DNA of 64,000 bases from Klebsormidium nitens (lineage: Eukaryota; Plantae; Klebsormidiophyceae): contig DF237345.1 of NCBI GenBank assembly GCA_000708835.1, forward strand, positions 22,221-86,220, read 5' to 3'. Positions within the stretch are counted from its first letter, which is position 1; each line of letters opens with the position of its first letter. Of the stretch, positions 48,506 through 59,459 are shown piece after piece. The notes beneath the pieces were generated by a model. That model did not search any database and was not told the origin of the DNA. It saw only the letters and a program-made list of their open reading frames with translations. The translations under genes and the position numbers were made by a program.

Positions 48506-51420
48506 GGCTGAACCTGCAATAAAACTTTGAGTTGAGATATTACCGAGGTCCCCTGATGATGTGCGCAGATTCTAAATTCCAAGTACCAAGCTGTAGCAGA
48601 CCTTTTCACTAGTCAAGGAAAGTGGTCCTAATAAAGGTGCAGATACGAGTTTCCAAACTCTTTCTGGACAGGTTTCTTGTGACAATCCCAACCGCCCAAA
48701 CAAGAAAGGGCTGAAGCAGACACTATCCTAAATATCACATCAATACTTGCCGTACGCAAGTTTGTAATTCAGTCCTAGATTCTTTCAGCTTGCGTAAGCA
48801 TTTCCAGTGCTTAACGTACTGCATGCAAGTGCATGCGAGGCTGCTATTTGTCTATTCACAAAACCAGCTCAAACGTACAATATCACCACTTGCTCCTCAC
48901 CTCTGATTGGTCAACAACAACTCCCCGGTTCGCAGAGACGCCGCTTGCTGCGCGGATCAGCTGAGCATATTGAGACCACTTTCCTCCCTCCTGGGATAAA
49001 ACCGTCTGGCTCGCCGGTGCGCCAGCTGGCAAAGCCAATTGGCTGTGTAGGGAGCTGAAAAGCTGTCGCAGGCGCGGCGTAAAGGAAGCCATGGTGGATT
49101 CTGACGGAGCTTCCCTGAATGCAAAGCCACCTATAGTACAAACCAACAATCTTGTCGTGCTGCCACTTTGCAGCACGAAATCAAAGAGATTTAGCCAGGC
49201 GTGCTTTTGCTGTGAATTGGCCGAGAATGTTGACATCAGAAGTAAGACTACCTACCATGCACACTGCATACAGTGCTTTTGTCACTGTGCACCATGCATG
49301 CAGTGCAAGTACATATGTGCATCATTAAGCTGTCGCGCGCCGCGCGCCGCGGCCGGCCCGCGGCAATCCCCAGCCAGGGTTTCAGGGTTTTCCGGAACTA
49401 CGGTTACTACGAAACTAGGTACCTATGATACAGGTACCTGGTACGGTACCTTCTTAGGTACCGTGTTCACGTCAGCCTGTCAGGATCCCGTGAGGACGGT
49501 ACCGGCCGGTACATATTCTTGTCGGAAAATTGCGGGCGAGACGGCTTCCTTTCGGGGGCTTGTGAGACTCCTGAATGTGACCCCCTGAAAGAAATTTAAA
49601 CTCCGTTCTGATCTTGTCGGCTCTGTTATTGGCCGTCCGATCGTATCCTACGGCTCTATCGTTTTGCAAAATCGGGCGATCCTGTGGCCGCCACTCATTC
49701 TTTGTGTGCACATTGTTTGTGATATTCACACGCACGCGGTTCCGAACGCCCTTTGTTGTCAAAAGAAATTGATGTAACAGTGGATAGAGGGTGCTCTGTA
49801 CGTTACGCTTTAATGATTCGATAGAGGAGGAAGAAGATGCGGCCGTGACGAAAGTTACTGTCGCGCGGAGGTAATTGAAAGCTCGCCCTCTTCCATTTAT
49901 GAGGAGCATTTACGAGGGAGAAGGAGCTGGCGCCCAGTATTAAATTGCCAGGATCTCGCCTACTTCCAAGGTGGAAAGAGAAGGAGCTCCTCCTTGCTTA
50001 ACCCTTCTGTGGAGCATCGACTCTGGGGCTTCTTCTACGTATCATCTCCTTGCTTGCCGAGCTGGCTGAACTGTGTGCCAGCTAATTTACACCTAATTTA
50101 GTCAAGAATTGGGGTTGCATTTTGGGAGGCGCGACGGCCGTCGTGGGGACTGTGTACACTCAAGCTGAGAAAATCCAATGGGTCGATTATTGAACACTTA
50201 GCCGAGGAAAGAAAAGGATCAATAACCATGTCTCCTGCCGGAATACGTCGGTGATGAATGGTTGCTCGATACACTGACTGGTTTATGAGATGATTTCTGA
50301 ACCGCCAGCGACAGTGGCAGGGGTCTCCAACCTAGCGGGGATGGAGAAAGTGAATGAGGTAGGTCGTTTAATTTCCGTTCCTAATCAAAGCATTTTTCGC
50401 GGCTGTTTCCTTGGTGCTACATCACAAAATAGGTTTCTGTTGCACCACACAGAATTGCATTATGCGCCAAATGCAGATGCATCAAGGGAGAACTCCTTGT
50501 CAAAATTTGCACCCATTATAAAGTGAGCTAGGCAGTCTGTTAGTTGGGGCACTGATCTTCTGAGCTCCAAGCGAGGATTGGGGCCAAGCTTTCAAAGATC
50601 TAGAAGTGGCAGAGTCCCAGAAATTTGTGCTGTTTGATTGGTTGTGAATCTAATGGTTGCTGGATCAGCAGCCTCAGATTGTGTTGCAACGTTTTCTGGC
50701 CGAAACAGACACTTGTCATTAACTCCATCACAGCATGCTCAGACGTTTGACAGGTGTTGCTGGGTAATAGCTGGGTAATCTAAACGATTGTCACGGGCAA
50801 CTTGTGAAGAACTCTACCGGATGCTCACGTTTTTTATCAGCCATTGCTTGGCTTTTCACTCAACTTTCCTCGTTTCCAGCATGCACTTTTCCTCCCTCTA
50901 AGAATGCGGTATTTGTTAAAGCCCTTTTTTAGATAAAGCCCTTATGAAAAGACCCACCAATGAAACTGATTGGTGGGCTTTCTAGTTTTTTTTGCAATAT
51001 GCAAACACAGCCGGAGCATATGAATTGATCAAGCCAGGTAGTCCGAACCAAGCAAAAGAGCCTTTTGTTAGATTACCTTATGTTATGTAACAGCTTTGAT
51101 CTCAGCAGCTGTTCATCGTGAGACTCCACATGGTAAATATTTGCCTCTAAAGGAGGATACATTACCTGCAAAACTGCGAGGGGACTTCTCAACCTGTCTT
51201 TTCACTAGGACAAAGCTAAGCTACCAAAAGTAGAACGGATCCACTTCTCACACGTTGTGTCTTTCAAGAGTGGGAGCTCAGAACACAGATTGTCACCTAC
51301 AAGTGCCGCGGTGGGTCAGGGGCTTCTCTGTCTAGCGAGCGTTAGTTCCTTAGTCCTCTTTTTGCGCGTGCAGGCCAGGTTACCATCTGTGTTTGACAGG
51401 TAATGTTTAATATTTGGACA

Positions 51421-54400
51421 ATGCAAGGTCGCGATGTAAGCAGATTTTCACCTCAATAAAGTCGTTCTCAACAATACTTGGTCTGTGATTAAGTAGTGAC
51501 TGAACAAATGCATTCAGACTGTTTCCCCACCCCCTTCCACAGGCAGAGTGCACATCACTGGGTCACCTCTTACCATCCTTACTATTAGAGATCGTCCTTC
51601 TGCTTCAATCCCCGCCCCTTCCTGAAGGTTAACACAGACTGTCCGTGGGGCTCGTCTAGTGCCCTGTAAAGTACACATCTCACTCCTCGTTTTTAACATC
51701 AGGGACTTTTCGGTAGTGGGGGGGAGCCCAATGGGAAGAAGGCGCGGTTGTCGCTCGACCGCAAGGAAGGGGGGGTGGAAGCGAGCAGCTCCGGAGGGGG
51801 GGCCTCCGCTGACCCTGCCAGGGACACCGGGGCAAGCGAGGGCAATTCAGGGGGGAAGATGCAGGAAGATGATGGCAAGCGGAAGCGCTACCACCGGCAC
51901 TCATTGCACCAGATCGAGGAGCTGGAGAGGTGAGGCGTGGGTTGAACAAACCAAGCCGGGTTACCAACGTTTGAAGTCGTCTGGCCAAATCAGAAACTAC
52001 GTTTTCTTTTGTGGAGTGATCACTATCGTGGAGCTTACAGACTGGAGCGCTTGGTGCATCATGTGACACACGAGCTTGCAGACACAAAGTAACAACATCC
52101 ACCAATCAGAGGTCGACATGTTCGCTCCTGTTCTGGATGCGGAATGATAACACGTACGCTCGAATTCATTGATTCCTCAGGTAACTTGAACGCTGGGTTG
52201 ATTGAAACTCCTCTTGGTGGAAGAGTCCAGGTATTAGCACCAGGGGGTGTTAACCTCTCCCAAAGCGGAAGTTAAGAGTCACTTGAGAAGCAGCTTAAAC
52301 ACATTGGGCTGCTTGGTCTTCCGCCGCTGACCACTTTGATTTTCTTACGACCAGTCTACAAGCTGGAATTGATGACAAATGGAAGAACCTTCATGTCTGA
52401 GAAGAAGTGATTACTCTTCTCAGGGCTTTCCGGGAGAATCCGCACCCCAACGAGGAGGAGCGAGCCTCGCTCAGCCAGCGGTTGAGTCTGGAGCCCCGCC
52501 AAATTAAGGTAAGGCACCGGTTACCAAGTCTCTTAATGTGGCGCCCAATCCAAGGGTCATCGTTTGTCATTCAAGAAGCCACGGACAAGCCATTTTGAAT
52601 ACACGGGGCTCCTAGTTCATCGCTTGAGGATCAAACGATACACTGAAAACTTGGAAAAACCATGTCAAGATGCACAAAACTTCCCCGAGGTTCTAAGAGA
52701 ATTCAGTCACCGCGTTTACGACGAACTTGAAAGTTGCCCCTGCTTTGTACAGTTTGGTTTCGGGATCGGCGCACGAGGTCTCGAGCAAGTCGCACAACAT
52801 CCACGTCGAAGGCCTCTGCTCGAATCTCACCCTGTCTTTAGCTTCTCAAGACTCTCCCCTTGCTATGTACGGCTTTGGTTCCAGAAACAATGCACGCAGG
52901 TCTGTAGTCTAGAGGCGTACATCGGTGTTGAAGTTGAAAGTCTCCCCCCGCTATGTGCAGTTTTGGTTCCAGAACCGGCGGACGCAGGTCAAGTCGCAGA
53001 GCGAGCGCAACGAGAACCAGGTGCTCCGCGCCGAGAAGGACCGGCTGATCAAGGAGAACCTGTACCTGCGCGAGTCGCTGCGGGTCGCGCAGGTGCACGC
53101 ACTGCAGGCCGTCAAGGGGGGGACCGACGCCGAGCGCCAGCTGCAGCTTGAGAACAAGCGCCTCAAGGCCGAGGTGAGGGGGGAGGATTGGAGGTTGCTA
53201 ATACTTCCCGTTTTTGCGCTCTGCTATCATATGAGTACTGGGATTCGCCGTTTTTGTAGGATATGGGGGGGGTGGTGGAGAGGGAGACTTTCTTCGGAGC
53301 GGCCACTGACTCTAAGCGCCGGTTGCAGCGCGAAGACAAGCGCCTCAAGGCCGAGGTGATGGGGGATGCATTCAAGGTCGCTTCCTTGGGGGGGAGGGAA
53401 GAGATCGGTTTTTGTGGGAACCGATGCTGAGCGCCAGCTGCTTCATGAAAACAAGGCCGAGTTGAGGGGGGCTTCTTATAGGTTGCATCTGGATGGGGGG
53501 AGGGCGCGAGTGTCTTTCGGGGGAGGACCGATGCTGAGAGCTGGCTGTAGCTCGAGACGAAGTGCCAAGGAGGGCTGTTGATAGCTTGAAATCGAGGAAG
53601 AGGGGAGAGGGAGATAACGGATTTGAGGGGGGACCGATGCTGAGCGCTAGCGGCAGCCTCGAGATCAAGCCCCTCGGAGCCGCCTCGAGAGGGGAGCGAA
53701 TGTGCGGTTCTTGTGGGGGTTTAATGTTTTGAGAACAAGGAGTGAGATTGCTGTGGGACCAACCCCACGAGCTTGCGGCAGCTCAAGCAGGAGCGCCTCA
53801 AAGCAGAGCAGAATTTCGGGGTTTTTGAAGCGTTTTCGGAGGGGCAAACTACTTTTCTAATATGGGAAATGGACTCAGGGACGGGAAGTAGAAAGGAGAG
53901 GGGCAACGTTGGAGAAAACCTTTCCCTTGACCGCTTTGGCTAGAACCAGGTCGCCTGTCCTTTCCTTGTTCTGCTTGGAGACCTGCGATCCGTTGGGAGC
54001 CGCCAGAAGTGGTCCACGAGGCCGAGAAAGAAGGAGCATTCAACCCTCAAATTGTAGAAACCTTCGGTGATTGAAAGTCTTTCATCATGTCATTCTTAGA
54101 CTCCGCCTCAGCCCCTGAACTTCCAAGCACGGAGGCGCTAAGCTTGAACGGCTAGATCGTGTCGCTGACCTGGGCTCGACCCTTCCTGTCCCCAGAAGTT
54201 AAATCCCTCGACGTGCAAAATCCAGGACCGTTCAAATACAAATTTAATTCAACTTGTTCCACCCCCTTCCCCTGCAGGTCGAGCACTTAACCCAGCTCGT
54301 AACTCGCTCCCTCGGGCAGCCCCCGCCCCCCGCCGGCTCCCTCGGCACCAGCCTCTCCCTCGGTCTCGGCCTTAACCCAAACGCCGAACCCTCCCTTAAC

Positions 54401-57400
54401 CTCTCCGTCGCCCCCTCCGCGTCCGTCCCAACCCTAAACCTCACCCCCGTGGAGCGGCAACTAGTATGTGACCTCGCGGTCGCCGCGTATGAGGAGCTCA
54501 AGAGTGTGGCGCTGGGGGGATCCCCCCTGTGGGAGCAGACGCCGGGCGGGCGCGACGTGCTGAACCAGGACGAGTACGCGAAGCGGCACCCGGCGAGCGC
54601 GACGGGGGGCCCCGTGGGGAGCAACGTGGAGGCGACACGCGCAGAGGGCGTCGTCATGTCGGGCGCGGCCTCGATCCTGGAGAGCTTCATGAACGTGGTG
54701 AGGGGGGGGCTTGTTTTGCTAGAATCTGTTTTAGTCTCGAGATCCGGGGCTAACCCAAGTTTTTGGGACGGGTCACAATCCTATCGAGCAACATAAACGT
54801 AGCGAGGGAGAGGGCTTGGCTTGCTTGGGCTTCTGATATCGTTTTGGTCTCAAGGTTCCAAAGACGGGTCGCGATCCTGGAAAGCTTCATGACGTGGTGA
54901 GGGGAGGGGTATGATCTGCTTAGGTTTCTGAAATCGTTTTCGGTCTTAAGGTTCCGGGGCCAACCCATTGTTTCAAGACGGGTCGCGATCCTGGAGAGCT
55001 TCATGAACGTGGTGAGGGGGAGGGGTTCTGTTTTTGCGTTTTCAAAAGCGGATTAGTCGTGAGACTCCCTGGCCAACCGACTGGCTGAGCAGTCAAAAAG
55101 GCACAGGGAGGGTTTGGAGTACCAAGGGCTTGCAGAACTTCGTAATAAAGCCGGTTTGTTGGACGAGCTCAATCTTAGGACTTCGCATAACACCAGTTCT
55201 TGAACGTTCCAAAAGTGCCGTTAGTTTTGTTGGTTACTGAATCTCACCCTGGAGGCGGTCGATTGAAGCAGTGCAGGACTAATGGATGCACCACTACCCG
55301 ACGATGCGTTTTTGTCGCCGGCCTTTCGACGTGCTCAGTACCCGAGATGATCTACATTCCAAAGTTGTGAAACTCTCGCTACTTTCAAACCTCATTCTTG
55401 AAAGTCTTTCTGGCATGTCGTACAGGATCAATGGATGGATCAATACCCTACAATCGTGTCGAAGGCCGGCCTCTTCGACGTCCTCTCCACGGGCGGCCCC
55501 GACGGCAGCCGCGACCGCGCGCTGCAGCTCATGTTCGCCGAGACGCACGCCCTCTCGCCTCTAGTTCCCACACGCGGCGTCAACTTCCTGCGCTACTGCT
55601 GCAAGATCGCCGAGGGGATGTGGGTCGCCGTCGATTCGAGCGTGGATGGGCTGCGGGACTTCGCGAGGAAGGGCGACGTGAGTGTGTTCACACTGGGCTA
55701 GGAGAGTTGCAAGGAAGGGACTGATGACGTGTCGATTGGGCTCTGATGCTGTGCGAACACCGACCAGAGAACTCCACGCATGACAAATAGACGTCGAGGG
55801 GTCACACTCGTTCTTAATCACTGCTTTTGAAAGAAGACGTGGGGGCGTTTACGTCGGTCCGATACTGCAGTTGAAAAGAGACACGAAAACGTACGGAAAC
55901 GTTCAGGACGTTCGAAAATCTACGCCAATCTACGGAAAACCAAAAAGAGCATCAAGTGTCGAGTGCGTCCAAACTCTCGAACGACGGTTCACCGGGGTCG
56001 TTGGAAAGCTTTACCTGACGGCCTGAAACAGAGAGTGTTCGAAGCAAGAGCGGGGTTCGGTCAGAGTGATCTTTTGCGACAACGGACAACGTGTGCCGAC
56101 TGTCGGTCCGTTCGCAAAGGTTTGCTTCTGTTCGTTGGTCTGTTCGATGGATCGTATAACCCCAGAATTCTTCCACCGATTTTCCTCCGGAATGTGCCTC
56201 CGCTGCGTCATTTTCCACCGAGAAGGATCTTTTTCTCAGCAAACGCTTTCTTCGTCTGCTTCCTCCTTACTTTGGCCCGCCACGCTGCCCCTCGATGCAC
56301 AACCTAATCCCCACTCCTTTCCGCCCCAGATCCGCTGCCGGCGGCGGCCCTCCGGCCTGGTCATCAAGGACGCCGGTAACGGTTGCTCGACCGTTACCGT
56401 CGTCGAACACTCGGTGGTGGAGCAGCACGCGCTGCCCAAGGAGTACGAGACGATGGCGCAGTCGGGGGCGCTCTTCGGCGCGACGCGGTGGCTCGCGGTG
56501 ATCCAGCACCAGGCGACGCGCCTCGCGGCCACCACGCAGGCGGGCACGCAGGACAGCCCCGTCATGACGATCGACGGGCGGAGGTACACGCGGGGACGTT
56601 GTTTGGTTTCGTCCTAAGATGGGCTTAGAAGTTGAATGTCGAGGAGGATACCTTCTCTGTTTTGTTGAACAGCCAAGTCTCGACGTTGAAACCCGAGTTG
56701 GGCACGCATGAAAGCCCCGTCATGACGATCGATGGGCGGAGGTACGCGCTGGGACGTCGTTTTCATTTTTTTTATGTAATATGGGCTTCGAGGTTGCATT
56801 TTGAGCATTAGACTTCCGGCATTCGCTTTTTCAGCGAAGCCTCGACATAGGAACCTGAATCGGGCACGCACGACAGCCCCGTCATGACGATCGCCGGGCG
56901 GAGGTACGCGCCAGGACGTCAGTTTTGCTTTGTCGCTAAACGGGCTTCGAGAGACCCAGGTAAAGAGGTTTCGTTGTGGGCGGGATACGAGCGGGATCGC
57001 CGTTGTCTTTTGTCAGAAAATTGGGTCGAGATTGGACCCCTCGTAGAATATGCCCGATCTGGGCGGATGTACGAAACGGGACGTCATTTCAGTTGTGTCA
57101 ATGAAGTGGGCTTTAGAACTGGAGCCCGAAAGAAATACTTTTGAGCTGGACGTCTTCTCTGCTCGTCACCAACCAAGGCTTGTAAATGGAGCCGGGGTTT
57201 GGATTTGAGGCAAGGTCATGAGCAGGGTTTGAGCAGGGTTTGGAGCAAAGCATGATGGCGGCATCGTTCGTTTGACAGAGGACCTAAATTCGTAAGGGAA
57301 TGTGTGTCCGTCTAATTCTTCCATATTACCACTCTGGTAGTGAAAGAGAGGTATGGATTGAGAAACTTGACGGAATGGATTGGAGCTACGAGCCGCGAGC

Positions 57401-59459
57401 CCCTTGATGCATTGCCGGGCAGTGGTGCTTCTGGTCACGTGGCCTGTGCCTTCTCTCGGACTGGGGCTCCGGACAATCTGGCTCTCTAATAGAATGCAAT
57501 TGCCCGTTCGTTTCGAAAATGTCTGTCGGACACGAGAAAACAAACTGGTCCGTCGCTTTGAAAACGTCGATCGCATAAAAGAGTCCAAACTGTTCCGAAA
57601 CTTCTCCCCCTGTTTTCCAGGACGCTGTTCAAGCTGGCCAAGCGCATGGTGACCAACTTCTGCATCGGCGCGAGCGGCGCGCCCCACCCTAGTTGGACCC
57701 CGATCAGCTACTCGGGCCCCGAGGGCTCCGCCACTCTGCGCATTCAGGCGCGCAAGAACACCAACAACCCGGGGGAGCCCACCGGGATCATCCTCAGCGC
57801 GAGCAGCTCCTTCTACCTGGACTCATCTCCGCAGCAGGTGTTCACCTTTCTGACCAATCAGCGGCTGCGGCAGCAGGTGGGTGCTTGCCTCTAAGGTTCG
57901 AGAGAGTCCGCTTGGGAATGCGGTCCTTCCTTCGGGACTCGCTCTACTTGGCCGTCCTTGTCTCTGGATCTGTTTCCCGTCTGCCGTGTCTGAACCACGC
58001 TTTGTGAATTCTGATGGGCTTTTGACATCCGAATAGCTCACTGAACGTTGACGTTTTGGCCGGCCAGCGGCAAATCCAGCAGGTGGGACCTGCCCGGGGC
58101 TGGCACTTTCTTCGAAACGACCCTTCACGTCGTCTTTCTCCTTTCAAAGCGCCGTTGAGGGCTTCTTTGTAAAGTGACTCCCCGTCGTGAGTCCTTGGAA
58201 GCCGCTGAAATACTGAGGCGTGCTCTCAGACTCATTGGATGGCATCATTATTCCGTTGCAGTGGGACATTCTGTCGAACGGCGGCCTGGTGGAGCAAGTC
58301 GCGCAACTGAGCAAGGGGCAAACCCCGGGCAATGCCCTCTCCCTCTTCAAAGCCGAGGTGAGCGCTCTCGTGCTTGCTGCTTCTGCGTTTTGGGTGCCTT
58401 TGGTTCAGTCGGACGGTCACTGCGGATCATCAGGAGCTTGAGCGTGCCGTACAAGGCTCAGGCTCCGAACCGAAGCAAGTATCGGGCAAGGTTTCAGGGT
58501 ACGAAAGAGCGTTGTCAGGAGCCCGCAGATTCTGAGACAGGCCGCCCAAGCGGTAGCGTTGCTCATTTTACATCGTCTTAGTTGATCGTTCCAAACCCCT
58601 GAACCTGGTGTTCCCGCCTCTAGCAGCGTGCGCATCCCAAAAGTAGACGCCGACTGTGTGGTACAATTCCCCTAACGTTGGCCGCTTCGACTGGGACTAG
58701 TAATTCACCCCCTTTCGGGTCCGTTCTGCAGCCCTCTGGAGCGCTCAGACCACGACATGCTTGTGTTCTGAAATCACACCAGCCGCTTATGGCTCCGTGT
58801 ACTGGAGCATCAGTTTTTCCCCACCCCTTGATGCTTGGGGCGTCAGATTACGGTGACATTGACTGCTTCTGACCTCGTTCGCAAGAGCGCCAACAAACCC
58901 CCTCTTTTTCCGGTGGTTTTGCAGCCACCCGGGAGCAAGCAAAACAACATGCTCATCCTCCATCTAACACTGTTCTTATCCACTTATCCAATTTTATCAA
59001 CCACGGCGCCTGATTGACCCCTCCTCTTTTCGGTGCCTTCTGCAGCCCCCCGTGAGCGGCCAGAACAACATGCTCATTCTCCAGGAGTCCGTCTGCGACC
59101 CCTTCGGCTGCATGCTCGTCTACGCCCCCGTCGACACCCCCGCGGTGCAACTCGTCATCGCGGGCGGCGACCCCGACAACGTGGCGCTCCTCCCGTCCGG
59201 CTTCTCCATCTTTCCGGACGGCAACCCCGCGCTAGAACACGCGCTCGGGCTCGACAGCGCGCTCCTTGCGGGGGTGGGCGGGGAGAAGGAGACGAAGGGA
59301 TCCCTCACCACGATCTCGTTCCAGATCCTGGTCAGCACGAGCGAGGACTCGCAGCTGACGAAGGACAGTATCGATACCGTCAGCACGCTCGTGTGGGCGA
59401 CGCTGAACCGGATAAAGAGCGCGCTGAGCGTGAACCACGGGGTGCCACTCGTGACTTAG
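51421..59459 (+). CDS. Class IV homeodomain-leucine zipper (HD-ZIP IV) transcription factor with START and SAD domains
   Basis: Exons 51421-51435 (tentative start), 51703-51929, 52424-52508, 52961-53173, 54278-54697, 55426-55677, 56330-56583, 57621-57876, 58262-58357, 59046-59459. Homeodomain RKRYHRHSLHQIEELERAFRENPHP...LEPRQIKFWFQNRRTQVK; START motifs VEATRAEGVV, LSPLVPTRGVNFLRYC, CRRRPSGLVIKD; SAD motifs WDILSNGG, MLILQES, LVYAPVD, LLPSGFSIFPDG, GSLTTISFQIL. Confidence 0.95.
53295..53815 (+). repeat. Array of ~5 decaying copies of the HD-ZIP IV exon 3' end and donor site
   Basis: The real junction gggaccgacgccgagcgccagctgcagcttgagaacaagcgcctcaaggccgag|gtgagggg (donor 53174) recurs in degraded form at ~53300, ~53416, ~53523, ~53628 and ~53753. 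Confidence 0.85.
56690..57090 (+). repeat. Three copies (~160-bp period) of the HD-ZIP IV exon end and donor site
   Basis: The real junction gggcacgcaggacagccccgtcatgacgatcgacgggcggag|gtacac (donor 56584) is repeated with GT at 56742, 56904 and 57069. Confidence 0.9.

Noticed and set aside
50251-50300. Possible box C/D snoRNA (GTGATGA...CTGA...TGATTT CTGA)
   Set aside because: Only 50 nt from box C to box D, the terminal stem does not pair in k-turn register, and no rRNA complementarity could be verified.
53120-57090. Spaced repeats superficially like a CRISPR array
   Set aside because: The units are diverged copies of exon ends in a eukaryotic gene, the spacers are themselves related, and no cas genes are present.
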